Source: Syntrophales bacterium
GTDB taxonomy: Bacteria > Desulfobacterota > Syntrophia > Syntrophales > UBA5619
NCBI GenBank assembly: GCA_040765725.1
Contig: JAXGRQ010000008.1
Location: forward strand, 3,217-67,216
Direction: 5' to 3'
DNA: 64,000 bases
This document shows, piece after piece, positions 53,866 to 64,000 of this stretch; within the stretch, counting starts at the first letter, position 1; each line of letters opens with the position of its first letter. Below the pieces are notes generated by a model, which saw nothing but the letters and a program-made list of their open reading frames with translations, had not been told where the DNA came from and searched no databases. Made by a program: the position numbers and the translations under genes.

Positions 53866-55209
53866 CTATTTTTCCGGAGCGGCGTTTTCAACCGGTTTTT
53901 CGATCCGGACGATCCGGACCTTCTGGATGGCCGTTTTCGTAACCTCCTCGCATGTGAGGAGATAATTCTGCCATTCCATTTTTTCGCCCTTCTCGGGGAT
54001 CCGTCCGAGACGGTCAAGAATCAGCCCCGCCAACGTATCGTAGGGCAGAAAATCCCCCAGATCGACCCCCAGCAATTCTTCGATGTCATTGATCGGAAGA
54101 AGCGCATCCACCAGAAGGCTGCCGTCGGGCAGCTTCTGGAACCGGCGCGTTTCGCCCACGTCATGTTCGTCCTCGATTTCGCCGACGAGCTCTTCGAGAA
54201 GATCTTCCGTGGTAACAAGCCCGCTCAGGATGCCGTATTCGTCGACGACGAGCGCCAGGTGGATTCGTTTCCGCTGCATCTCCTTGAGAAGACTGCTGAC
54301 CTTTTTCCCCTCGGGAACGAAAAGCGGGGTCCGGATGATTCCGGCCAAGTCGAACTCGCCTTCGGTGAAGATCCGTCCCAGCAGGATGTCTTTGCTGTGA
54401 ACGAAACCGACAATATGATCCATGTCGCCCCGATAGACCGGATAGCGTGAGTAGAGGTTTTCCCGGATGGTGCGGAGAATATCTTCACGAGGGAGTTCCA
54501 GATTCAGCGCAATGATCCGGGTCCGGGGCACCATGACCTCGTGGACGGCGGTATGGGTGAATTCAAACACGTTTTCGATGTATTTGTGTTCGGTCTCCGT
54601 CAGGGCGCCGGTCTCGCTTCCCTCCGAGAGGACCTGCTGAACCTCTTCACGGGTGATGAAGGCGTGCCCCTCCCTCGGCTTGATTCGGAGAAGCGCAAGC
54701 ACGGCCCGGTTGGATAGGGTGAGGAAGCGGACGGCGACCGCGGCGACGATCGAAAGAATGCGGATCGGCCGTGCGACGACCAGCGCGATGCGGTCGGCGT
54801 ACTGCAGGCCGATGGTTTTGGGGGCCAGCTCGCCGAGCACGAGGAACAGGTAGGAGATCCCGATGACGACCAGGGCGATCGATAGGGGATCCGCGGCGTG
54901 ACGGATAATATCAAAGGGTGCTCTCTGAAGCACGGGCTTGAGGTATTCAATGGCCGCGGCGCCTCCAATGGCAGAGGCGAACGAACCGACAACGGTCACG
55001 CCGATCTGGACGGTGGCCAGAAAGCGGTGCGGGTTCTTTTGGATCTGCTCGACCAGGCGGGCGTTCGGATTTCCGGCCGCGGCGAGGCTCGCGATGTGGG
55101 TTTTACGGGCGGAGAGAACGGCCAACTCCGCGGCGGAAAAAAAACCGTTTGCCAGGATCAGGATGAAGATGAGAAAAAATTCGTTCAAAATGAGATCCAA
55201 TACGATCAT
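53866..55209 (-). CDS. HlyC/CorC (CNNM) family transporter-associated protein
   Basis: ANGFFSAAELA (DUF21), GELAPK, CBS pair VMVPR / YSRYPV / VVDEYG, CorC C-terminus. Confidence 0.92.
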   Translation of the reverse strand: MIVLDLILNEFFLIFILILANGFFSAAELAVLSARKTHIASLAAAGNPNARLVEQIQKNPHRFLATVQIGVTVVGSFASAIGGAAAIEYLKPVLQRAPFDIIRHAADPLSIALVVIGISYLFLVLGELAPKTIGLQYADRIALVVARPIRILSIVAAVAVRFLTLSNRAVLALLRIKPREGHAFITREEVQQVLSEGSETGALTETEHKYIENVFEFTHTAVHEVMVPRTRIIALNLELPREDILRTIRENLYSRYPVYRGDMDHIVGFVHSKDILLGRIFTEGEFDLAGIIRTPLFVPEGKKVSSLLKEMQRKRIHLALVVDEYGILSGLVTTEDLLEELVGEIEDEHDVGETRRFQKLPDGSLLVDALLPINDIEELLGVDLGDFLPYDTLAGLILDRLGRIPEKGEKMEWQNYLLTCEEVTKTAIQKVRIVRIEKPVENAAPEK

Positions 55210-55273
55210 CCTCCCCGAAATTCATGCCCGGTAAGACCTGAACATTCTCCGCTGCCGTTCCTCAGTGAAGACT

Positions 55274-55960
55274 TCACTCTTCCCCCCTGCTTGCCCTGTG
55301 CCTTTTCACGAAGTGGAGAATCTCTTCATGGTAATAGTAGGCCAGCAGCGTGATCAGCGCGCTGACCCCTAAAATGGCCAGCATCGCTGCATGATGGTCG
55401 TTGCGCGCGTAGCTGCCGCTGACGGAAAGCATGATCGTTCCCATGAGGCGTCCGGCGGTGCAGATGATCAGAAAGATGGACATCTTCATGCGGCTGAGGC
55501 CGATGATGTAGGAGAGGGCATCCTTGGGGAAGCCGGGGATCAGAAAGAGGATGAAGGTGATCGGAATGCCGCGGTGCTCCATGAAGTGATTATACTTTTG
55601 AATGATTTTGGGGCTGACGATCCTTTCGACAAAAGGCATCCCGAGCCATCGGGCCAGCAGAAACGCGAGCCACGATCCGATCGTAAGGCCGATCGTCGAG
55701 TAGATCGTTCCCAGAACGGGTCCGTAGAGATACCCCCCGATAAAGCCGTTCAGCTCGCCCGGAATCGGCGCTACCAGTACCTGGACGATCTGAAGGCCGA
55801 TAAAGATGATCACGGAGAGGGGGCCGAATGAATTCAGAAAATGAACAACCTTCTTCCGGCTGACAAAGAAGGTGTAGAGGTCATAATGAAAGAAAAGGAA
55901 AACACCGGCAAGGATCAGGGCAAGCAGAAGTGCGAGCTTACATACGTCATTTCTGTTCAT
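55274..55960 (-). CDS. TVP38/TMEM64 (DedA/SNARE-associated) membrane protein
   Basis: QVLVAPIPGE, GYLYG, FLIPGFPKD. Confidence 0.85.
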   Translation of the reverse strand: MNRNDVCKLALLLALILAGVFLFFHYDLYTFFVSRKKVVHFLNSFGPLSVIIFIGLQIVQVLVAPIPGELNGFIGGYLYGPVLGTIYSTIGLTIGSWLAFLLARWLGMPFVERIVSPKIIQKYNHFMEHRGIPITFILFLIPGFPKDALSYIIGLSRMKMSIFLIICTAGRLMGTIMLSVSGSYARNDHHAAMLAILGVSALITLLAYYYHEEILHFVKRHRASRGEE

Positions 55961-56133
55961 GATTCCAAAATCGATTTGACCATACCCATCCCGGGACACC
56001 GCAGCGCCGGGAGCCTGCCACAACCTGACCGTTCGTGCTTAGTCGTAAACTAACAAAAGAAGATATGATTGTAAAGCAGGATATTCTCAAATCCAAAGAC
56101 GGAGGGAATTTTCGTTTCCGTCCATCCCCGGTC

Positions 56134-57081
56134 TCATTCGGATTGTTTCCTGAAATGATCGGCCACAAAGGTATCTGTAACCATCTGGGTCAAATGGTAT
56201 ACGATGGGCGGGATCATGGCCATGGGCAGATGCACGGAAAAATAAGCGGCCCAGACAATGTAGGGGATCGTCAGCGTCTTTTGCGAGGTGTGTATCGTAA
56301 AAGTCGCCCTGGACGGACGATCAAATTTCAGAATCCGCGAGATGCCGTAATTCGTGATCAGAACGATGGCGTGCAAAGGGATCATAAAGAGGAATACATA
56401 AAGAACCTGCGGACCTGCCCGCAGGAGCTGATCGGTGGAACTGGAAACGGAGTTCAAAATGATCATGAGAATGACCGTCTGGGAAAAGTACGAAAAAGCA
56501 GCGTGATATCGCTTCAACCGGTCCTGAACCCTGATTCTGAGGAGTTGTCCGAGAATTGTCGGAAGCAGGACGATCAACATCAGGTTCTTGAGCAACTCGA
56601 TTGCGGACAGCTCGATGTGTTGCTCAAATTGCACCATGATGCGGAGAGAAATGGGGATGGTGAAAAGGGAGACGAAATTGACGGCAATGCAGATCAGGAT
56701 GCTCAACGGAATGTTTCCGCGGGCCAGCCCCGTCAAAACGGTGCCTGAGGCAATCGTCACGGGCGCAACGGCGATGAGAATGGCTCCCAGGGTGAAATCC
56801 GACAAATCCCGCAACAGGAAAGAGGCCAAAAAATAGGTCAGGACCGGGAAAAAAAACAGGGACGAAAGGACGGCCGACGCCAGCCCTCGAATGTTTTTCA
56901 TTTCTTCAATCATGCTTTTCGTCTGCAGTTCGAGACCGTTGATGAAGAAGGCCAGAAAAATGCCGATGCCGAGCAGGCGCCATTCTTTGATCTTGATCCC
57001 CACAATCGGGGCTTGGAAAGCCAGAAAGACGACCACGGCGATGCCGATAAAGAACCAGTATTTGATCAGATATTTCTTCAT
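56134..57081 (-). CDS. bile acid:sodium symporter (SBF-like) transporter
   Basis: Multi-TM; PVTIASG..LT..ARGN, SQKTL, YHLTQ. Confidence 0.82.
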   Translation of the reverse strand: MKKYLIKYWFFIGIAVVVFLAFQAPIVGIKIKEWRLLGIGIFLAFFINGLELQTKSMIEEMKNIRGLASAVLSSLFFFPVLTYFLASFLLRDLSDFTLGAILIAVAPVTIASGTVLTGLARGNIPLSILICIAVNFVSLFTIPISLRIMVQFEQHIELSAIELLKNLMLIVLLPTILGQLLRIRVQDRLKRYHAAFSYFSQTVILMIILNSVSSSTDQLLRAGPQVLYVFLFMIPLHAIVLITNYGISRILKFDRPSRATFTIHTSQKTLTIPYIVWAAYFSVHLPMAMIPPIVYHLTQMVTDTFVADHFRKQSE

Positions 57082-57208
57082 GAGCCCTTCCTTCTCCATC
57101 GTGGGGCAATCCGAAACCGCTTGCAGCGCGGCGGGAATGTCGTTCGGATTTTCAGAATAAGGTTTTGGTCTCTCCTACGCTATCGAACGGCGATGATCTC
57201 GGATAATG

Positions 57209-57237
57209 CAAAACGGGCGGGATTGATCTCCCGCCCA
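57209..57237 (-). terminator. rho-independent terminator after pckG
   Basis: Minus strand GGGCGGGA-gatcaa-TCCCGCCC-GTTTT. Confidence 0.6.
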
Positions 57238-57284
57238 TTCGATTTCATCCGGCGCCATTCACGAACGGAAAACCCTTGGGTGGT

Positions 57285-59066
57285 TTACCCCAAACGTTTC
57301 CGGAGGTCGTCAAGCTGTTTCCGGAGCCTTCCGGGAAGACGGTCGCCGAACCGGGCAAAATGCCGCTCGATGTCTGCCGCCTCGGCCTTCCAAGCGGAAG
57401 GGTCGACGCGGAAGAGCTCTTTCAGGTCCGTCGGGGAAACGGCAAGGCCCGTAAGGTCGAGATCGCCCTTGGCAGGCATGAAGCCGATCGGGGTTTCCAG
57501 CGCCCCGATCTTCCCCTCGACCCGTTCGCACATCCATTTCAGGACACGGCTGTTTTCACCGAAACCGGGCCAGAGCCATCTTCCCTCCGGGCTTTTTCGG
57601 AACCAGTTCACGTAGAAAATCCTCGGGGCGTGCTTGCCGAATCGATCGCCCATGGTGAGCCAGTGGCCGAAATAATCGGCCATGTTGTAACCGCAGAACG
57701 GCTGCATGGCAAACGGGTCGCGCCGGAGATTGCCGACGGCGCCGATGTTCGCCGCGGTCGTCTCCGAAGAAGCCGTTGCACCCATAAAAACGCCGTGGTC
57801 CCAGGAAAAGGCCTCGTGAACCAGCGGCATGACGCTTGCGCGGCGGCCGCCGAACACGAAGATATCGATCGGAACGCCTTCGGGCTTTTCCCAGTCGGGG
57901 CAGATGACCGGGCATTGGCCGGCCGGTGCGGTAAAGCGGGCATTGGGATTGGCGGCCGGCTCACTGCCGCCGGGCGCCCAGTCCCGGCCCTTCCAGTCGA
58001 TGGCGTGGCTCGGAGGCGGTCCGTCCATCCCCTCCCACCAGATGTCGCCGTCGTCGGTCAGGGCGCAGTTGGTGAAGATCGTGTTCTCCTTCAGCGTCTC
58101 CATCGCGGACGGATTGGAGTCATAGGAGGTTCCCGGGGCGACGCCGAAGAAGCCGTATTCAGGATTGATCGCATAAGGCCTTCCGTCCGGACCGATTTTG
58201 ATCCAGGCGATGTCGTCACCGATGCATTCGCATTTCCAGCCGGGAATGGTCGGTCTGAGCATGGCCAGATTGGTCTTGCCGCAGGCGGACGGGAATGCGG
58301 CCGCAAGATGGAACTGTTTCCCCTCCGGATTGATCAGGCGGAGAATCAGCATGTGTTCGGCCATCCACCCCTCCCGTTTGGCCATGGCCGAGGCGATGCG
58401 AAGCGCGAGACATTTCTTTCCCAGAAGGGCATTTCCCCCATAGCCGCTGCCATAGGACCAGATCAGATCCTCCTCGGGAAAATGGCTGATGTACTTCTTC
58501 TCCATCGGGGCGCAGGGCCAGGGCTCATCCTTCCGGCCCGGATCCAGCGGCGCGCCGACGGAATGCAGGCAGGGGACGAACTCGCCGTCGGCGCCGAGTT
58601 TCTCGATCACTTTTGTTCCGACCCGCGTCATGATGTGCATGTTGCAGACGACGTAAGGGCTGTCCGTGATCTCGATGCCGATCTTGGCGATCGGTGAATC
58701 GACCGGGCCCATGGAAAAGGGGATCACATACAGGGTGCGCCCCCTCATGCAGCCGTCGTAGAGACCCTTCATCGTTGCCTTCAGCTCTTCCGGCGCAATC
58801 CAGTTGTTGGTGGGCCCCGCATCGTCCTGTTTCGCCGTGCTGATATAGGTGCGCGCTTCGACCCGGGCCACATCGCTCGGCTGGGAGCGAAAGAGAACAC
58901 TGTTGGGACGCTTCGCCAGCGGCGTGGCCGCACCGGAAGCCACCATCTGCTTCATCAGGCGATCATATTCCTCCCGGCTGCCGTCGCACCAGTGAACGGC
59001 GTCGGGCCGACACCAATGGGTCATCTCGCTGACCCATTGGTTTAAAGCTTTATGTTTTGTGAACAT
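57285..59066 (-). CDS. pckG: GTP-dependent phosphoenolpyruvate carboxykinase
   Basis: [55 protein letters not shown]. Confidence 0.96.
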   Translation of the reverse strand: MFTKHKALNQWVSEMTHWCRPDAVHWCDGSREEYDRLMKQMVASGAATPLAKRPNSVLFRSQPSDVARVEARTYISTAKQDDAGPTNNWIAPEELKATMKGLYDGCMRGRTLYVIPFSMGPVDSPIAKIGIEITDSPYVVCNMHIMTRVGTKVIEKLGADGEFVPCLHSVGAPLDPGRKDEPWPCAPMEKKYISHFPEEDLIWSYGSGYGGNALLGKKCLALRIASAMAKREGWMAEHMLILRLINPEGKQFHLAAAFPSACGKTNLAMLRPTIPGWKCECIGDDIAWIKIGPDGRPYAINPEYGFFGVAPGTSYDSNPSAMETLKENTIFTNCALTDDGDIWWEGMDGPPPSHAIDWKGRDWAPGGSEPAANPNARFTAPAGQCPVICPDWEKPEGVPIDIFVFGGRRASVMPLVHEAFSWDHGVFMGATASSETTAANIGAVGNLRRDPFAMQPFCGYNMADYFGHWLTMGDRFGKHAPRIFYVNWFRKSPEGRWLWPGFGENSRVLKWMCERVEGKIGALETPIGFMPAKGDLDLTGLAVSPTDLKELFRVDPSAWKAEAADIERHFARFGDRLPGRLRKQLDDLRKRLG

Positions 59067-59184
59067 GAGACTCTCCTCGTTTCCAATCAAAAATACAAGT
59101 ACCCGGCGTCCTCATCCCGTCGGTCCGGCGTCGATTCGGCATGGCTGCGGATGGACGGTTTCCCGGAGCGAATGACGTGCGGGC

Positions 59185-60072
59185 CTATCGTCGGACTTCG
59201 ATCCCGGCGATCTTCTCGTAATACCGGACCAGCGCGCTGTGATCGTTGTCGCCCATCCCGTCGTCGCGCAGCGAAAGCATCATCTTCATCGCCTCCTCGG
59301 TGAGCGGCGTCGGCGCGGAGATGCCTTTTGCGGTGTCCAGCACGTTGTTGAGATCCTTGATGTGGAGGTTGATGCGGAAACCGGGCTTGAAATTCCGGTC
59401 CAGCATCATCGGGGACTTGGCGTCCATCACCGTGCTGCCGGCCAGGCCGCCCCGGATCGCCTGAAAGACGAGATCCGGATTGACACCGGCTTTGGTGGCC
59501 AGGACCAGGGCCTCAGAAACCGCGGCGATGTTGGCGGCCACGACGATTTGGTTGGCAAGCTTTGTCACATTCCCGGCGCCGATCTCCCCGCAAAGGACCA
59601 CGGAGGCGCCCATGGTCTTCAGGATCGGCAGATATTGGTCAAAGTCCGCCCGGCTGCCGCCGACCATGATCGAAAGGGTGGCGTCGATCGCCTTGGGTTC
59701 CCCGCCGCTGACCGGGGCGTCCAGCATCCGGATTTTCTTGTCGGCCAGCGCGGCCGCGACCTCGCGGCTGACCAGCGGGGCGATGGAGCTCATATCGATC
59801 AGGATCGAGCCGGGCCGCATGGTCTCGATGATGCCGTCTTTCCCCAGCACGACTTCCTTCACATGCGGGGAGTTGGGCAGCATCGTGATGATCGCATCCG
59901 TCTTCGCGGCGACGTCTTTCGGGGAGGTTCCCTTTTCCGCACCCGCCTTCACGGCTTCGTCAACCGCCTCGGCGACAATGTCGTAGACCACGAGCGGATA
60001 TCCCGCCTTCAACAGGTTTTTGCTCATGTGCTTTCCCATGATTCCCAGGCCGATGAAACCGATTTTTTTCAT
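59185..60072 (-). CDS. garR: 2-hydroxy-3-oxopropionate (tartronate semialdehyde) reductase
   Basis: IGFIGLGIMG, MLPNSPHV, DAPVSGGEPKA, KLANQIVVA, FKPGFRINLHIKDL. Confidence 0.88.
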   Translation of the reverse strand: MKKIGFIGLGIMGKHMSKNLLKAGYPLVVYDIVAEAVDEAVKAGAEKGTSPKDVAAKTDAIITMLPNSPHVKEVVLGKDGIIETMRPGSILIDMSSIAPLVSREVAAALADKKIRMLDAPVSGGEPKAIDATLSIMVGGSRADFDQYLPILKTMGASVVLCGEIGAGNVTKLANQIVVAANIAAVSEALVLATKAGVNPDLVFQAIRGGLAGSTVMDAKSPMMLDRNFKPGFRINLHIKDLNNVLDTAKGISAPTPLTEEAMKMMLSLRDDGMGDNDHSALVRYYEKIAGIEVRR

Positions 60073-60095
60073 GATGCATTCTCCTTCTTGTCTTT

Positions 60096-60881
60096 TTAAA
60101 GTTTGTATCCGTACAACGAAAACCACTGAAGGGATGTCACGGTATCGGGGGAGGGGATGTATTCCAGCGATACGAAACCCGAATATCCCATGCGGTCGAT
60201 CTCCGGGAGGAGGAACCGGAAGTCCGTTTCTCCTGTTCCGGGCTGATGGCGTCCGGGACAGTCCGCAATCTGGATGTGACCGATCCTGTTGAAATGGTTT
60301 TGCAGGATCGCGGCCGCGTCTTCGCTTTCGCGGCGCGCGTGGTAGACGTCGAACTGGAGATAGGCGTTGGGGTGGCCGATCTCCGCCAGCAAATCGAGGA
60401 CCTGTGCGCAGGAATTCAGAGCAAAGCCGGGCATATCGAGATGATTGACCGGTTCAACCATCAGTCGGATGCCTGATCCGTGCAGCGCATCGGCCGCATA
60501 GCGGATATTTTCGACCAGAATTTTCCGGCATTCCCCGTCGGACAGTCCGCCCGGTTTCAGGCCGACGAGGCAGTTCATTCTGGAGAAGCCGAGGGTGCGC
60601 GCCGCCTCGAGCCCCTTGGCGACGCCATCACGAAACTCCTGCCTCCGCGCCGGATCGGCCGCCGTTCCGCGGTCTCCCGCCGCCCAATTGCCGGCGGGAA
60701 GGTTGCAGAGCACGAGTTGGAGACCCGTTTTTTGAAGTTGATTCCGGATTTCGCTCTGATCGAAATCATAGGGGAACATGAATTCCACGGCATCGAATCC
60801 GGCCTGCTTCGCCGCGCCGAACCGATCCATAAACGGAATCTCTGTAAAAAGGAAGGTCAGATTCGCTGCAAAATGGGGCAT
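60096..60881 (-). CDS. hyi: hydroxypyruvate isomerase
   Basis: FAANLTFLFTE, VEFMFPY, NLPAGNW, EPVN, HIQIADCPGRHQPGTGE. Confidence 0.9.
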   Translation of the reverse strand: MPHFAANLTFLFTEIPFMDRFGAAKQAGFDAVEFMFPYDFDQSEIRNQLQKTGLQLVLCNLPAGNWAAGDRGTAADPARRQEFRDGVAKGLEAARTLGFSRMNCLVGLKPGGLSDGECRKILVENIRYAADALHGSGIRLMVEPVNHLDMPGFALNSCAQVLDLLAEIGHPNAYLQFDVYHARRESEDAAAILQNHFNRIGHIQIADCPGRHQPGTGETDFRFLLPEIDRMGYSGFVSLEYIPSPDTVTSLQWFSLYGYKL

Positions 60882-60936
60882 GATTACCTCCTGACGGTTT
60901 GACAAAGGAATGGTCGGACTCGACGGCAAACGAACG

Positions 60937-61710
60937 TCAAGCCTTCAGCAGTTTCAGCGCCTCGCGGCCGCGTTCAATGATCATGTTCGTCTCGTAGGAC
61001 CAGGTGATCATCTGCATTCCCTGACCGATCCAGTAGCGGAGGTCGTCGATGCCGGGAACGTGGTTTCCGGACGCCTTGCCGTTCTTTCTGCAGGCGTCGA
61101 CCACCTTCTGGACGGCGGCCCGCATTTCCGGATGATTTCCCTGCCCCGGATAACCCAGATCCAGGGAGAGATCCTGTGTCCCCATCATGGCCACATCGAT
61201 TCCGGGGACGGCCGTGATCTCCTCCACATTCCGGATGGCCATTCCGCTCTCCATCTGGGCGATCAGCAGGGTTTCCTCGTTCACCGAGCGGAAGTAGTCG
61301 GCGGCCTGCTTGAACTCCTGCCGCTCCTTCAGCCGGAAAACCGGCACCGCCGCGCCGCGCCTTCCCTCCGGCGGGTATTTGCCGTAGCTCACGAGCGCCT
61401 TCGCCTCCTCGACCGTGTCCAGATGGGGCACCCAGATCCCCTCCGCCCCCATGTCCAGCGTTTTGGCCACGTAGGCATAATCCAGACGGGGGATTCTGAC
61501 CACCGCCGTGATTTCGGTTTTCCTGGCGAACTGCAGGATCGGAGCGATGTCCGCCATGTCGAAATAAGCGTGCTCCATGTCGATGACAAAATAGTCAAAG
61601 CCGGCGATCTCCAGAATCTCGGCGATATTGACGTTACGCGCCTCCTTGATCATCGTGCCGTATACCCGCTCCCCATTCTTCATCTTTTCCTTGATTTTGT
61701 TGATTCTCAT
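60937..61710 (-). CDS. HpcH/HpaI (GarL-like) class II aldolase
   Basis: GFDYFVIDMEH, VVRIP, LDMGAEG, YPPEGRRG, AQMES, GTQDLS. Confidence 0.87.
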   Translation of the reverse strand: MRINKIKEKMKNGERVYGTMIKEARNVNIAEILEIAGFDYFVIDMEHAYFDMADIAPILQFARKTEITAVVRIPRLDYAYVAKTLDMGAEGIWVPHLDTVEEAKALVSYGKYPPEGRRGAAVPVFRLKERQEFKQAADYFRSVNEETLLIAQMESGMAIRNVEEITAVPGIDVAMMGTQDLSLDLGYPGQGNHPEMRAAVQKVVDACRKNGKASGNHVPGIDDLRYWIGQGMQMITWSYETNMIIERGREALKLLKA

Positions 61711-61777
61711 AGGCGTTCTCCTGTTTTTCTCGACGCCGATCCATACGGTCAGCGGAACGAACAGATTCCCTTTTCGA

Positions 61778-62443
61778 TTAGTGCGCCTCTTCCATCGCGC
61801 CGGCGATGTACATCATGGCCAGCAGCATGAACACGAGCGTCTGGATGCATGACGTGAAGATCATCAGCACGAAAACCGGAAGCGGAACCAGCAGCGGAAC
61901 GAGCAGCAGAACGACGGCGAGAACGATGTCCTCCCCCATGATGTTGCCGAACAGCCGAACGGAAAGGGAGAGGGGGCGGGAAAGGTGGCTGATGAGCTCA
62001 ATCGGCAGCATCAGCGGCGTGAGCCACCAGACGGGGCCCATGAACTGCTTGACGTATTTGAAACCGTGAACCTTGATTCCGACCACATGGGTCATCACGA
62101 AGACGACGATGGCCATCGAAACGGTTGTGTTGAGATTGGCGGTCGGCGACTCGAAGCCCGGGATCAGGCCGAGGAGGTTCGCGGTCAGGATGTAAAGACC
62201 CAGTGTCGCGATCAGCGGGAAGAATCTTCTTCCCTCCGGGCCCATGGTGTCGGTGAGGAGACTGTCGAGTCCGCCGATGACCACCTCCATGAAGTTCTGG
62301 AATTTTCCCGGGTAGATGTTCAGGCGGCGCGTCGCGAGAAAAGAGAAGAAGGCCAGGAATGCCATCGCGAACCAGGTGTAGGAAACGACGACGAGATGAT
62401 GCTCCTTCAGCCAGTGATTTTCAAAAAACAGGAACGGTTCCAT
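61778..62443 (-). CDS. atpB: F0F1 ATP synthase subunit a
   Basis: [34 protein letters not shown]. Confidence 0.95.
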   Translation of the reverse strand: MEPFLFFENHWLKEHHLVVVSYTWFAMAFLAFFSFLATRRLNIYPGKFQNFMEVVIGGLDSLLTDTMGPEGRRFFPLIATLGLYILTANLLGLIPGFESPTANLNTTVSMAIVVFVMTHVVGIKVHGFKYVKQFMGPVWWLTPLMLPIELISHLSRPLSLSVRLFGNIMGEDIVLAVVLLLVPLLVPLPVFVLMIFTSCIQTLVFMLLAMMYIAGAMEEAH

Positions 62444-62838
62444 CAGTTTGCCTCCTCAACGGGTTTTTTCTTCGAAAATGCCGCAATCGTGGTCAGCACG
62501 ATGTTCAAAACGACGATGGAAAGGCCGGTGACAAGGCCGATGACATCGACCATATCGCGGGAAATGATCCAGTAGAGCACGATGGCCGTGATCGTCAGAC
62601 GCAGGTAATAGCGGAGCATCAGGGCCATCCGCGCCCGGTTCAGATGTTTGCTGAATACGCTCAGCAGATTGCGGTACAGCCAATAAAAGTTGATGATGCT
62701 GATCAATCCCCCGAAAAGGATGCCGAGCGTGAATCGACGGGAACCCAGAAAGAGGCTCAACGCAACCAGAGCGACCAGCAGGATCCAGTTTGTCCACTCA
62801 AGTCTTTTTTGGAGAGGGTCTTTTTCGGTGCGGTTCAC
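62443..62838 (-). CDS. atpI: ATP synthase protein I
   Basis: Four-TM small protein between atpZ and atpB; GGLISIINF. Confidence 0.78.
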   Translation of the reverse strand: MNRTEKDPLQKRLEWTNWILLVALVALSLFLGSRRFTLGILFGGLISIINFYWLYRNLLSVFSKHLNRARMALMLRYYLRLTITAIVLYWIISRDMVDVIGLVTGLSIVVLNIVLTTIAAFSKKKPVEEAN

Positions 62839-63082
62839 TTTTCACACAGGTGATGATCGGTTGCTCATCCTTAAAATTTTTCTTGATCAGAACATACATG
62901 TTCCTGAATCCGGCGACGATCCCGATCAGCAGCAGAAGAAGGGTAAAATAAGGTTTCGTGCCCAGTTTCCCATCCAGCCATGATCCCAGAAAGAGGCATC
63001 CGAAGATGGCCAAAACCATGGCGATGCCGATGCTGCTCGCATAGGCCATCTGAATTGCTGATTTTTTTGTCTCCTGATCCAC
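62798..63082 (-). CDS. AtpZ/AtpI-family (ATPase gene1) protein
   Basis: GSWLDGKLGTKPYFTLLLLLIGIVAGF motif. Confidence 0.8.
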   Translation of the reverse strand: MDQETKKSAIQMAYASSIGIAMVLAIFGCLFLGSWLDGKLGTKPYFTLLLLLIGIVAGFRNMYVLIKKNFKDEQPIITCVKSEPHRKRPSPKKT

Positions 63083-63200
63083 CGGGAAGTCACTAACACA
63101 ATCCGTGACCGGAAGTCAAACGAAAAGGGCTTCAACAATACGGCGAGCCCTGAAAGGACCGATCCTTCGGCTTCTCCAAAAGCCGAGCTATTCCGGCGTA

Positions 63201-64000
<800 letters not shown>

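Overview
GC-rich bacterial chromosome segment. Gene order and content (zapB-zapA-6S-rny-ymdB-tyrS-rrn, lpxC-DUF4390-ntrY/ntrX, a separate atpZ-atpI-atpB cluster, a split purH) suggest a Desulfobacterota/Syntrophales-type deltaproteobacterium; this assignment is inference. Most of the window is housekeeping: purine synthesis, a full rrn operon (16S, tRNA-Ile, tRNA-Ala, 23S, 5S), ruvCAB, queH, lpxC, dnaJ, rsmB-fmt-priA, dksA, pckG and others. The main accessory region is an AT-richer island of about 5 kb (~48870-53860). It carries a disrupted tyrosine recombinase, a RelE/HigB-HTH toxin-antitoxin pair with a palindromic operator, and what reads as one ~900-aa gene, split by two compensating 1-nt shifts, that fuses a Cas4/RecB-like Fe-S domain, an HhH, a DEDD exonuclease and an IS66-type DDE transposase. 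Other points of interest are a methanogen-type PurD, a GlmU without its acetyltransferase domain, a sigma54 promoter plus palindromic enhancer before lpxC, a PII + 2x DUF1538 module, and an F0 cluster lacking atpE that runs into a garL-hyi-garR block. Four homopolymer frameshifts (yebC, ruvC, ruvB, queH) indicate probable consensus errors, so all frameshift calls here need read-level confirmation. No CRISPR array was seen. Family assignments come from motif recognition only; no database search was run.
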